This document shows positions 38,901-51,540 of a stretch of DNA of 64,000 nucleotides, one piece after another. Made by a program: the position numbers and the translations under genes. This DNA is from the human T2T-CHM13v2.0 reference genome, Homo sapiens, in assembly GCF_009914755.1 (NCBI RefSeq), contig NC_060942.1, one strand, 5' to 3'. The notes beneath the pieces are model-generated. The model saw nothing but the letters and a program-made list of their open reading frames with translations, was not told the origin of the DNA and ran no database searches. The first letter of the stretch is position 1, and the number at the start of each line of letters is the position of its first letter.

Positions 38901-41900
38901 TAAGAGAATTGAACCACCGTTTTGAAGGAGCTGTTTTGAAACACTCTTTTTCTGGAATCTGCAAGTGGATATTTGGCTAGCTTTGGGGATTTCGCTGGAA
39001 GCGGGAATACATATAAAAAGCACACAGCAGCGTTCTGAGAAACTGCTTTCTGATGTTTGCATTCAAGTCAAAAGTTGAACACTCCCTTTCATAGAGCAGT
39101 CTTGAAACACCCCTTTTGTAGTATCTGGAACTGGACTTTTGGAGCGATTTCAGGGCTAAGGTGAAAAAGGAAATATCTTCCCATAAAAACTGGACAGAAG
39201 CATTCTCAGAAACTTGGTTATGCTGTATCTACTCAACTAACAAAGTTGAACCTTTCTTTTGATAGAGCAGTTTTGAAATGGTCTTTTTGTGGAATCTGCA
39301 AGTGGATATTTGGCTAGTTTTGAGGATTTCGTTGGAAGCGGGAATTCATACAAATTGCAGACTGCAGCGTTCTGAGAAACATCTTTGTGATGTTTGTATT
39401 CAGGACACAGAGTTGGACATTCCCTATCATAGAGCAGGTTGGAATCACTCCTTTTGTAGTATCTGGAAGTGGACATTTGGAGCGCTTTCAGGCCTATTTT
39501 GGAAAGGGAAATATCTTCCCGTAACAACTATGCAGAAGCATTCTCAGAAACTTGTTTGTGATGTGTGCCCTCTACTGACAGAGTTGAACCTTTCTTTTCA
39601 TAGAGCAGTTTTGAAACACTCTTTTTGTAGAATCTGCAAGAGGATATTTGCATAGCTTTGAGGATTTCGTGGGAAACGGGATTGTCTTCAGGTAAAATCT
39701 AGACAGAAGCATTCTCAGAAACTTCTTTGGGATGTTTGCATTCAAGTCACAGAGTAGAACATTCCCTTTGGTAGAGCAGGTTTGAAACACTCTTTTTGTA
39801 GTATCTGGAAGTGGACATTTGGAGCGCTTTCAGGCCCATGTTGGAAAGGGAAATATCTTCCCGTAACAACTAGGCAGAAGCATTCTCAGAAACTTATTTG
39901 AGATGTGTGTACTCAACTAAGAGAATTGAACCACCGTTTTGAAGGAGCAGTTTTGAAACACTCTTTTTCTGGAATCTGCAAGAGTATATTTGCCTAGCCT
40001 TGAGGATTTCGTTGGAAACGGGATTGTCTTCAGAGAAAATCTAGACAGAAGCATTCTCAGAAACTTCTTTGGGATGTTTGCATTCAAGTCACAGAGTAGA
40101 ACATTCCCTTTGGTAGAGCAGGTTTGAAACACTCTTTTTTTAGTATATGGAAGTGGACATTTGGATCGCTTTCAGGCCTACGTTGGAAAAGGAAATATCT
40201 TCCCATAACAACTAGACAGAAGCATTCTCAGAAACTAGTTTCTGATGTGTGTCCTCAACTAACACAGTTGAACATTTCTTTAGACAGAACAGTTTTGAAA
40301 CACTCTTTTTGTGGAATCTGCAAGTGGCTATTTGGCTGGATTTGAGGATTTCGTTGGAAACGGGATTACATATAAAAAGCAGTCAGCAGCATTCTCAGAA
40401 AGTTCTTTGTGATGATTGCATTCAAGTCACAGAATTGAACATTCCCTTTCACAGAGCAGGTTTGAAACACTCTTTTTGTAGTGTGTGTAAGTGGACATTT
40501 GGAGCACTTACCGGCCTAAGGTGAAAAAGGAAATATCTTCCCATAAAAACTAGACAGAAGCATTCTCAGAAACTTACTCGTGATGTGTGTCCTCAACTAA
40601 AGGAGTAGAACCTTTCTTTTCATAGAGAAGTTTTGAAACGCTCTTTTTGTGGAATCTGCAAGTGGATATTTGGCTAGTTTTGAGGATTTCGTTGGAAGCG
40701 GGAATTCATACAAATTGCAGACTGCAGCGTTCTGAGAAACATCTTTGTGATGTTTGTATTCAGGACACAGAGTTGAACATTCCCTATCATAGAGCAGGTT
40801 TGAATCACTCCTTTTGTAGTATCTGGAAGTGGACATTTGGAGTGCTTTCAGGCCTATGTTGGAAAAGGAAATATCTTCCCATAACAACTAGACAGAAGCA
40901 TTCTCAGAAACTTATTTGAGATGTGTGTACTCAACTAAGAGAATTGAACCACCGTTTTGAAGGAGCAGTTTTGAAACACTCTTTTTCTGGAATCTGCAAG
41001 TGGATATTTGGCTAGCTTTGGGGATTTCGCTGGAAGCGGGAATACATATAAAAAGCACACAGCAGCGTTCTGAGAAACTGCTTTCTGATGTTTGCATTCA
41101 AGTCAAAAGTTGAACACTCCCTTTCATAGAGCAGTCTTGAAACACCCCTTTTGTAGTATCTGGAACTGGACTTTTGGAGCGATTTCAGGGCTAAGGTGAA
41201 AAAGGAAATATCTTCCCATAAAAACTGGACAGAAGCATTCTCAGAAACTTGGTTATGCTGTATCTACTCAACTAACAAAGTTGAACCTTTCTTTTGATAG
41301 AGCAGTTTTGAAATGGTCTTTTTGTGGAATCTGCAAGTGGATATTTGGCTAGTTTTGAGGATTTCGTTGGAAGCGGGAATTCATACAAATTGCAGACTGC
41401 AGCGTTCTGAGAAACATCTTTGTGATGTTTGTATTCAGGACACAGAGTTGAACATTCCCTATCATAGAGCAGGTTGGAATCACTCCTTTTGTAGTATCTG
41501 GAAGTGGACATTTGGAGCGCTTTCAGGCCTATTTTGGAAAGGGAAATATCTTCCCGTAACAACTATGCAGAAGCATTCTCAGAAACTTGTTTGTGATGTG
41601 TGCCCTCTACTGACAGAGTTGAACCTTTCTTTTCATAGAGCAGTTTTGAAACACTCTTTTTGTAGAATCTGCAAGAGGATATTTGCATAGCTTTGAGGAT
41701 TTCGTGGGAAACGGGATTGTCTTCAGGTAAAATCTAGACAGAAGCATTCTCAGAAACTTCTTTGGGATGTTTGCATTCAAGTCACAGAGTAGAACATTCC
41801 CTTTGGTAGAGCAGGTTTGAAACACTCTTTTTGTAGTATCTGGAAGTGGACATTTGGAGCGCTTTCAGGCCCATGTTGGAAAGGGAAATATCTTCCCGTA

Positions 41901-42051
41901 ACAACTAGGCAGAAGCATTCTCAGAAACTTATTTGAGATGTGTGTACTCAACTAAGAGAATTGAACCACCGTTTTGAAGGAGCAGTTTTGAAACACTCTT
42001 TTTCTGGAATCTGCAAGAGTATATTTGCCTAGCCTTGAGGATTTCGTTGGA

Positions 42052-44085
42052 AACGGGATTGTCTTCAGAGAAAATCTAGACAGAAGCATTCTCAGAAACT
42101 TCTTTGGGATGTTTGCATTCAAGTCACAGAGTAGAACATTCCTTTGGTAGAGCAGGTTTGAAACACTCTTTTTTTAGTATATGGAAGTGGACATTTGGAG
42201 CGCTTTCAGGCCTACGTTGGAAAAGGAAATATCTTCCCATAACAACTAGACAGAAGCATTCTCAGAAACTAGTTTCTGATGTGTGTCCTCAACTAACACA
42301 GTTGAACATTTCTTTAGACAGAACAGTTTTGAAACACTCTTTTTGTGGAATCTGCAAGTGGCTATTTGGCTAGATTTGAGGATTTCGTTGGAAACGGGAT
42401 TACATATAAAAAGCAGTCAGCAGCATTCTCAGAAAGTTCTTTGTGATGATTGCATTCAAGTCACAGAATTGAACATTCCCTTTCACAGAGCAGGTTTGAA
42501 ACACTCTTTTTGTAGTGTGTGTAAGTGGACATTTGGAGCACTTACCGGCCTAAGGTGAAAAAGGAAATATCTTCCCATAAAAACTAGACAGAAGCATTCT
42601 CAGAAACTTACTCGTGATGTGTGTCCTCAACTAAAGGAGTAGAACCTTTCTTTTCATAGAGAAGTTTTGAAACGCTCTTTTTGTGGAATCTGCAAGTGGA
42701 TATTTGGCTAGTTTTGAGGATTTCGTTGGAAGCGGGAATTCATACAAATTGCAGACTGCAGCGTTCTGAGAAACATCTTTGTGATGTTTGTATTCAGGAC
42801 ACAGAGTTGAACATTCCCTATCATAGAGCAGGTTGGAATCACTCCTTTTGTAGTATCTGGAAGTGGACATTTGGAGCGCTTTCAGGCCTATGTTGGAAAA
42901 GGAAATATCTTCCCATAACAACTAGACAGAAGCATTCTCAGAAACTTATTTGAGATGTGTGTACTCAACTAAGAGAATTGAACCACCGTTTTGAAGGAGC
43001 TGTTTTGAAACACTCTTTTTCTGGAATCTGCAAGTGGATATTTGGCTAGCTTTGGGGATTTCGCTGGAAGCGGGAATACATATAAAAAGCACACAGCAGC
43101 GTTCTGAGAAACTGCTTTCTGATGTTTGCATTCAAGTCAAAAGTTGAACACTCCCTTTCATAGAGCAGTCTTGAAACACCCCTTTTGTAGTATCTGGAAC
43201 TGGACTTTTGGAGCGATTTCAGGGCTAAGGTGAAAAAGGAAATATCTTCCCATAAAAACTGGACAGAAGCATTCTCAGAAACTTGGTTATGCTGTATCTA
43301 CTCAACTAACAAAGTTGAACCTTTCTTTTGATAGAGCAGTTTTGAAATGGTCTTTTTGTGGAATCTGCAAGTGGATATTTGGCTAGTTTTGAGGATTTCG
43401 TTGGAAGCGGGAATTCATACAAATTGCAGACTGCAGCGTTCTGAGAAACATCTTTGTGATGTTTGTATTCAGGACACAGAGTTGAACATTCCCTATCATA
43501 GAGCAGGTTGGAATCACTCCTTTTGTAGTATCTGGAAGTGGACATTTGGAGCGCTTTCAGGCCTATTTTGGAAAGGGAAATATCTTCCCGTAACAACTAT
43601 GCAGAAGCATTCTCAGAAACTTGTTTGTGATGTGTGCCCTCTACTGACAGAGTTGAACCTTTCTTTTCATAGAGCAGTTTTGAAACACTCTTTTTGTAGA
43701 ATCTGCAAGAGGATATTTGCATAGCTTTGAGGATTTCGTGGGAAACGGGATTGTCTTCAGGTAAAATCTAGACAGAAGCATTCTCAGAAACTTCTTTGGG
43801 ATGTTTGCATTCAAGTCACAGAGTAGAACATTCCCTTTGGTAGAGCAGGTTTGAAACACTCTTTTTGTAGTATCTGGAAGTGGACATTTGGAGCGCTTTC
43901 AGGCCCATGTTGGAAAGGGAAATATCTTCCCGTAACAACTAGGCAGAAGCATTCTCAGAAACTTATTTGAGATGTGTGTACTCAACTAAGAGAATTGAAC
44001 CACCGTTTTGAAGGAGCAGTTTTGAAACACTCTTTTTCTGGAATCTGCAAGAGTATATTTGCCTAGCCTTGAGGATTTCGTTGGA
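42052..44085 (+). repeat. 12-mer HOR with a 1-bp deletion (2034 bp)
   Basis: CATTCCTTTGG at 42137-42147 versus CATTCCCTTTGG in all other units; ORF spacing 40249->42283 = 2034. Confidence 0.9.
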
Positions 44086-46795
44086 AACGGGATTGTCTTC
44101 AGAGAAAATCTAGACAGAAGCATTCTCAGAAACTTCTTTGGGATGTTTGCATTCAAGTCACAGAGTAGAACATTCCCTTTGGTAGAGCAGGTTTGAAACA
44201 CTCTTTTTTTAGTATATGGAAGTGGACATTTGGATCGCTTTCAGGCCTACGTTGGAAAAGGAAATATCTTCCCATAACAACTAGACAGAAGCATTCTCAG
44301 AAACTAGTTTCTGATGTGTGTCCTCAACTAACACAGTTGAACATTTCTTTAGACAGAACAGTTTTGAAACACTCTTTTTGTGGAATCTGCAAGTGGCTAT
44401 TTGGCTGGATTTGAGGATTTCGTTGGAAACGGGATTACATATAAAAAGCAGTCAGCAGCATTCTCAGAAAGTTCTTTGTGATGATTGCATTCAAGTCACA
44501 GAATTGAACATTCCCTTTCACAGAGCAGGTTTGAAACACTCTTTTTGTAGTGTGTGTAAGTGGACATTTGGAGCACTTACCGGCCTAAGGTGAAAAAGGA
44601 AATATCTTCCCATAAAAACTAGACAGAAGCATTCTCAGAAACTTACTCGTGATGTGTGTCCTCAACTAAAGGAGTAGAACCTTTCTTTTCATAGAGAAGT
44701 TTTGAAACGCTCTTTTTGTGGAATCTGCAAGTGGATATTTGGCTAGTTTTGAGGATTTCGTTGGAAGCGGGAATTCATACAAATTGCAGACTGCAGCGTT
44801 CTGAGAAACATCTTTGTGATGTTTGTATTCAGGACACAGAGTTGAACATTCCCTATCATAGAGCAGGTTTGAATCACTCCTTTTGTAGTATCTGGAAGTG
44901 GACATTTGGAGCGCTTTCAGGCCTATGTTGGAAAAGGAAATATCTTCCCATAACAACTAGACAGAAGCATTCTCAGAAACTTATTTGAGATGTGTGTACT
45001 CAACTAAGAGAATTGAACCACCGTTTTGAAGGAGCAGTTTTGAAACTCTCTTTTTCTGGAATCTGCAAGTGGATATTTGGCTAGCTTTGGGGATTTCGCT
45101 GGAAGCGGGAATACATATAAAAAGCACACAGCAGCGTTCTGAGAAACTGCTTTCTGATGTTTGCATTCAAGTCAAAAGTTGAACACTCCCTTTCATAGAG
45201 CAGTCTTGAAACACCCCTTTTGTAGTATCTGGAACTGGACTTTTGGAGCGATTTCAGGGCTAAGGTGAAAAAGGAAATATCTTCCCATAAAAACTGGACA
45301 GAAGCATTCTCAGAAACTTGTTTATGCTGTATCTACTCAACTAACAAAGTTGAACCTTTCTTTTGATAGAGCAGTTTTGAAATGGTCTTTTTGTGGAATC
45401 TGCAAGTGGATATTTGGCTAGTTTTGAGGATTTCGTTGGAAGCGGGAATTCATACAAATTGCAGACTGCAGCGTTGTGAGAAACATCTTTGTGATGTTTG
45501 TATTCAGGACACAGAGTTGAACATTCCCTATCATAGAGCAGGTTGGAATCACTCCTTTTGTAGTATCTGGAAGTGGACATTTGGAGCGCTTTCAGGCCTA
45601 TGTTGGAAAAGGAAATATCTTCCCATAACAACTAGACAGAAGCATTCTCAGAAACTTATTTGAGATGTGTGTACTCAACTAAGAGAATTGAACCACCGTT
45701 TTGAAGGAGCAGTTTTGAAACTCTCTTTTTCTGGAATCTGCAAGTGGATATTTGGCTAGCTTTGGGGATTTCGCTGGAAGCGGGAATACATATAAAAAGC
45801 ACACAGCAGCGTTCTGAGAAACTGCTTTCTGATGTTTGCATTCAAGTCAAAAGTTGAACACTCCCTTTCATAGAGCAGTCTTGAAACACCCCTTTTGTAG
45901 TATCTGGAACTGGACTTTTGGAGCGATTTCAGGGCTAAGGTGAAAAAGGAAATATCTTCCCATAAAAACTGGACAGAAGCATTCTCAGAAACTTGTTTAT
46001 GCTGTATCTACTCAACTAACAAAGTTGAACCTTTCTTTTGATAGAGCAGTTTTGAAATGGTCTTTTTGTGGAATCTGCAAGTGGATATTTGGCTAGTTTT
46101 GAGGATTTCGTTGGAAGCGGGAATTCATACAAATTGCAGACTGCAGCGTTCTGAGAAACATCTTTGTGATGTTTGTATTCAGGACACAGAGTTGAACATT
46201 CCCTATCATAGAGCAGGTTGGAATCACTCCTTTTGTAGTATCTGGAAGTGGACATTTGGAGCGCTTTCAGGCCTATGTTGGAAAGGGAAATATCTTCCCG
46301 TAACAACTATGCAGAAGCATTCTCAGAAACTTGTTTGTGATGTGTGCCCTCTACTGACAGAGTTGAACCTTTCTTTTCATAGAGCAGTTTTGAAACACTC
46401 TTTTTGTAGAATCTGCAAGAGGATATTTGCATAGCTTTGAGGATTTCGTGGGAAACGGGATTGTCTTCAGGTAAAATCTAGACAGAAGCATTCTCAGAAA
46501 CTTCTTTGGGATGTTTGCATTCAAGTCACAGAGTAGAACATTCCCTTTGGTAGAGCAGGTTTGAAACACTCTTTTTGTAGTATCTGGAAGTGGACATTTG
46601 GAGCGCTTTCAGGCCCATGTTGGAAAGGGAAATATCTTCCCGTAACAACTAGGCAGAAGCATTCTCAGAAACTTATTTGAGATGTGTGTACTCAACTAAG
46701 AGAATTGAACCACCGTTTTGAAGGAGCAGTTTTGAAACACTCTTTTTCTGGAATCTGCAAGAGTATATTTGCCTAGCCTTGAGGATTTCGTTGGA
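44086..46795 (+). repeat. 16-mer HOR variant (2710 bp; internal 675-bp four-monomer duplication), copy 1
   Basis: ORF spacing 44193->46903 = 2710. After m8 the sequence returns to m5-m8 (chimeric ORF 45382..45663; extra copy of the 61-aa ORF at 45656). Confidence 0.95.
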
Positions 46796-48830
46796 AACGG
46801 GATTGTCTTCAGAGAAAATCTAGACAGAAGCATTCTCAGAAACTTCTTTGGGATGTTTGCATTCAAGTCACAGAGTAGAACATTCCCTTTGGTAGAGCAG
46901 GTTTGAAACACTCTTTTTTTAGTATATGGAAGTGGACATTTGGAGCGCTTTCAGGCCTACGTTGGAAAAGGAAATATCTTCCCATAACAACTAGACAGAA
47001 GCATTCTCAGAAACTAGTTTCTGATGTGTGTCCTCAACTAACACAGTTGAACATTTCTTTAGACAGAACAGTTTTGAAACACTCTTTTTGTGGAATCTGC
47101 AAGTGGCTATTTGGCTAGATTTGAGGATTTCGTTGGAAACGGGATTACATATAAAAAGCAGTCAGCAGCATTCTCAGAAAGTTCTTTGTGATGATTGCAT
47201 TCAAGTCACAGAATTGAACATTCCCTTTCACAGAGCAGGTTTGAAACACTCTTTTTGTAGTGTGTGTAAGTGGACATTTGGAGCACTTACCGGCCTAAGG
47301 TGAAAAAGGAAATATCTTCCCATAAAAACTAGACAGAAGCATTCTCAGAAACTTACTCGTGATGTGTGTCCTCAACTAAAGGAGTAGAACCTTTCTTTTC
47401 ATAGAGAAGTTTTGAAACGCTCTTTTTGTGGAATCTGCAAGTGGATATTTGGCTAGTTTTGAGGATTTCGTTGGAAGCGGGAATTCATACAAATTGCAGA
47501 CTGCAGCGTTCTGAGAAACATCTTTGTGATGTTTGTATTCAGGACACAGAGTTGAACATTCCCTATCATAGAGCAGGTTGGAATCACTCCTTTTGTAGTA
47601 TCTGGAAGTGGACATTTGGAGCGCTTTCAGGCCTATGTTGGAAAAGGAAATATCTTCCCATAACAACTAGACAGAAGCATTCTCAGAAACTTATTTGAGA
47701 TGTGTGTACTCAACTAAGAGAATTGAACCACCGTTTTGAAGGAGCTGTTTTGAAACACTCTTTTTCTGGAATCTGCAAGTGGATATTTGGCTAGCTTTGG
47801 GGATTTCGCTGGAAGCGGGAATACATATAAAAAGCACACAGCAGCGTTCTGAGAAACTGCTTTCTGATGTTTGCATTCAAGTCAAAAGTTGAACACTCCC
47901 TTTCATAGAGCAGTCTTGAAACACCCCTTTTGTAGTATCTGGAACTGGACTTTTGGAGCGATTTCAGGGCTAAGGTGAAAAAGGAAATATCTTCCCATAA
48001 AAACTGGACAGAAGCATTCTCAGAAACTTGGTTATGCTGTATCTACTCAACTAACAAAGTTGAACCTTTCTTTTGATAGAGCAGTTTTGAAATGGTCTTT
48101 TTGTGGAATCTGCAAGTGGATATTTGGCTAGTTTTGAGGATTTCGTTGGAAGCGGGAATTCATACAAATTGCAGACTGCAGCGTTCTGAGAAACATCTTT
48201 GTGATGTTTGTATTCAGGACACAGAGTTGAACATTCCCTATCATAGAGCAGGTTGGAATCACTCCTTTTGTAGTATCTGGAAGTGGACATTTGGAGCGCT
48301 TTCAGGCCTATTTTGGAAAGGGAAATATCTTCCCGTAACAACTATGCAGAAGCATTCTCAGAAACTTGTTTGTGATGTGTGCCCTCTACTGACAGAGTTG
48401 AACCTTTCTTTTCATAGAGCAGTTTTGAAACACTCTTTTTGTAGAATCTGCAAGAGGATATTTGCATAGCTTTGAGGATTTCGTGGGAAACGGGATTGTC
48501 TTCAGGTAAAATCTAGACAGAAGCATTCTCAGAAACTTCTTTGGGATGTTTGCATTCAAGTCACAGAGTAGAACATTCCCTTTGGTAGAGCAGGTTTGAA
48601 ACACTCTTTTTGTAGTATCTGGAAGTGGACATTTGGAGCGCTTTCAGGCCCATGTTGGAAAGGGAAATATCTTCCCGTAACAACTAGGCAGAAGCATTCT
48701 CAGAAACTTATTTGAGATGTGTGTACTCAACTAAGAGAATTGAACCACCGTTTTGAAGGAGCAGTTTTGAAACACTCTTTTTCTGGAATCTGCAAGAGTA
48801 TATTTGCCTAGCCTTGAGGATTTCGTTGGA

Positions 48831-51540
48831 AACGGGATTGTCTTCAGAGAAAATCTAGACAGAAGCATTCTCAGAAACTTCTTTGGGATGTTTGCATTCA
48901 AGTCACAGAGTAGAACATTCCCTTTGGTAGAGCAGGTTTGAAACACTCTTTTTTTAGTATATGGAAGTGGACATTTGGATCGCTTTCAGGCCTACGTTGG
49001 AAAAGGAAATATCTTCCCATAACAACTAGACAGAAGCATTCTCAGAAACTAGTTTCTGATGTGTGTCCTCAACTAACACAGTTGAACATTTCTTTAGACA
49101 GAACAGTTTTGAAACACTCTTTTTGTGGAATCTGCAAGTGGCTATTTGGCTGGATTTGAGGATTTCGTTGGAAACGGGATTACATATAAAAAGCAGTCAG
49201 CAGCATTCTCAGAAAGTTCTTTGTGATGATTGCATTCAAGTCACAGAATTGAACATTCCCTTTCACAGAGCAGGTTTGAAACACTCTTTTTGTAGTGTGT
49301 GTAAGTGGACATTTGGAGCACTTACCGGCCTAAGGTGAAAAAGGAAATATCTTCCCATAAAAACTAGACAGAAGCATTCTCAGAAACTTACTCGTGATGT
49401 GTGTCCTCAACTAAAGGAGTAGAACCTTTCTTTTCATAGAGAAGTTTTGAAACGCTCTTTTTGTGGAATCTGCAAGTGGATATTTGGCTAGTTTTGAGGA
49501 TTTCGTTGGAAGCGGGAATTCATACAAATTGCAGACTGCAGCGTTCTGAGAAACATCTTTGTGATGTTTGTATTCAGGACACAGAGTTGAACATTCCCTA
49601 TCATAGAGCAGGTTTGAATCACTCCTTTTGTAGTATCTGGAAGTGGACATTTGGAGCGCTTTCAGGCCTATGTTGGAAAAGGAAATATCTTCCCATAACA
49701 ACTAGACAGAAGCATTCTCAGAAACTTATTTGAGATGTGTGTACTCAACTAAGAGAATTGAACCACCGTTTTGAAGGAGCAGTTTTGAAACTCTCTTTTT
49801 CTGGAATCTGCAAGTGGATATTTGGCTAGCTTTGGGGATTTCGCTGGAAGCGGGAATACATATAAAAAGCACACAGCAGCGTTCTGAGAAACTGCTTTCT
49901 GATGTTTGCATTCAAGTCAAAAGTTGAACACTCCCTTTCATAGAGCAGTCTTGAAACACCCCTTTTGTAGTATCTGGAACTGGACTTTTGGAGCGATTTC
50001 AGGGCTAAGGTGAAAAAGGAAATATCTTCCCATAAAAACTGGACAGAAGCATTCTCAGAAACTTGTTTATGCTGTATCTACTCAACTAACAAAGTTGAAC
50101 CTTTCTTTTGATAGAGCAGTTTTGAAATGGTCTTTTTGTGGAATCTGCAAGTGGATATTTGGCTAGTTTTGAGGATTTCGTTGGAAGCGGGAATTCATAC
50201 AAATTGCAGACTGCAGCGTTGTGAGAAACATCTTTGTGATGTTTGTATTCAGGACACAGAGTTGAACATTCCCTATCATAGAGCAGGTTGGAATCACTCC
50301 TTTTGTAGTATCTGGAAGTGGACATTTGGAGCGCTTTCAGGCCTATGTTGGAAAAGGAAATATCTTCCCATAACAACTAGACAGAAGCATTCTCAGAAAC
50401 TTATTTGAGATGTGTGTACTCAACTAAGAGAATTGAACCACCGTTTTGAAGGAGCAGTTTTGAAACTCTCTTTTTCTGGAATCTGCAAGTGGATATTTGG
50501 CTAGCTTTGGGGATTTCGCTGGAAGCGGGAATACATATAAAAAGCACACAGCAGCGTTCTGAGAAACTGCTTTCTGATGTTTGCATTCAAGTCAAAAGTT
50601 GAACACTCCCTTTCATAGAGCAGTCTTGAAACACCCCTTTTGTAGTATCTGGAACTGGACTTTTGGAGCGATTTCAGGGCTAAGGTGAAAAAGGAAATAT
50701 CTTCCCATAAAAACTGGACAGAAGCATTCTCAGAAACTTGTTTATGCTGTATCTACTCAACTAACAAAGTTGAACCTTTCTTTTGATAGAGCAGTTTTGA
50801 AATGGTCTTTTTGTGGAATCTGCAAGTGGATATTTGGCTAGTTTTGAGGATTTCGTTGGAAGCGGGAATTCATACAAATTGCAGACTGCAGCGTTCTGAG
50901 AAACATCTTTGTGATGTTTGTATTCAGGACACAGAGTTGAACATTCCCTATCATAGAGCAGGTTGGAATCACTCCTTTTGTAGTATCTGGAAGTGGACAT
51001 TTGGAGCGCTTTCAGGCCTATGTTGGAAAGGGAAATATCTTCCCGTAACAACTATGCAGAAGCATTCTCAGAAACTTGTTTGTGATGTGTGCCCTCTACT
51101 GACAGAGTTGAACCTTTCTTTTCATAGAGCAGTTTTGAAACACTCTTTTTGTAGAATCTGCAAGAGGATATTTGCATAGCTTTGAGGATTTCGTGGGAAA
51201 CGGGATTGTCTTCAGGTAAAATCTAGACAGAAGCATTCTCAGAAACTTCTTTGGGATGTTTGCATTCAAGTCACAGAGTAGAACATTCCCTTTGGTAGAG
51301 CAGGTTTGAAACACTCTTTTTGTAGTATCTGGAAGTGGACATTTGGAGCGCTTTCAGGCCCATGTTGGAAAGGGAAATATCTTCCCGTAACAACTAGGCA
51401 GAAGCATTCTCAGAAACTTATTTGAGATGTGTGTACTCAACTAAGAGAATTGAACCACCGTTTTGAAGGAGCAGTTTTGAAACACTCTTTTTCTGGAATC
51501 TGCAAGAGTATATTTGCCTAGCCTTGAGGATTTCGTTGGA
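48831..51540 (+). repeat. 16-mer HOR variant (2710 bp), copy 2
   Basis: ORF spacing 48938->51648 = 2710; same markers as copy 1, 4745 bp downstream. Confidence 0.95.

Noticed and set aside
42104-42373. Unique 89-aa ORF MGCLHSSHRVEH...
   Set aside because: Produced by the 1-bp deletion at ~42141 joining two satellite reading frames.
45382-45663. Chimeric 93-aa ORF (also 50127-50408)
   Set aside because: Simply reflects the 16-mer duplication junction.
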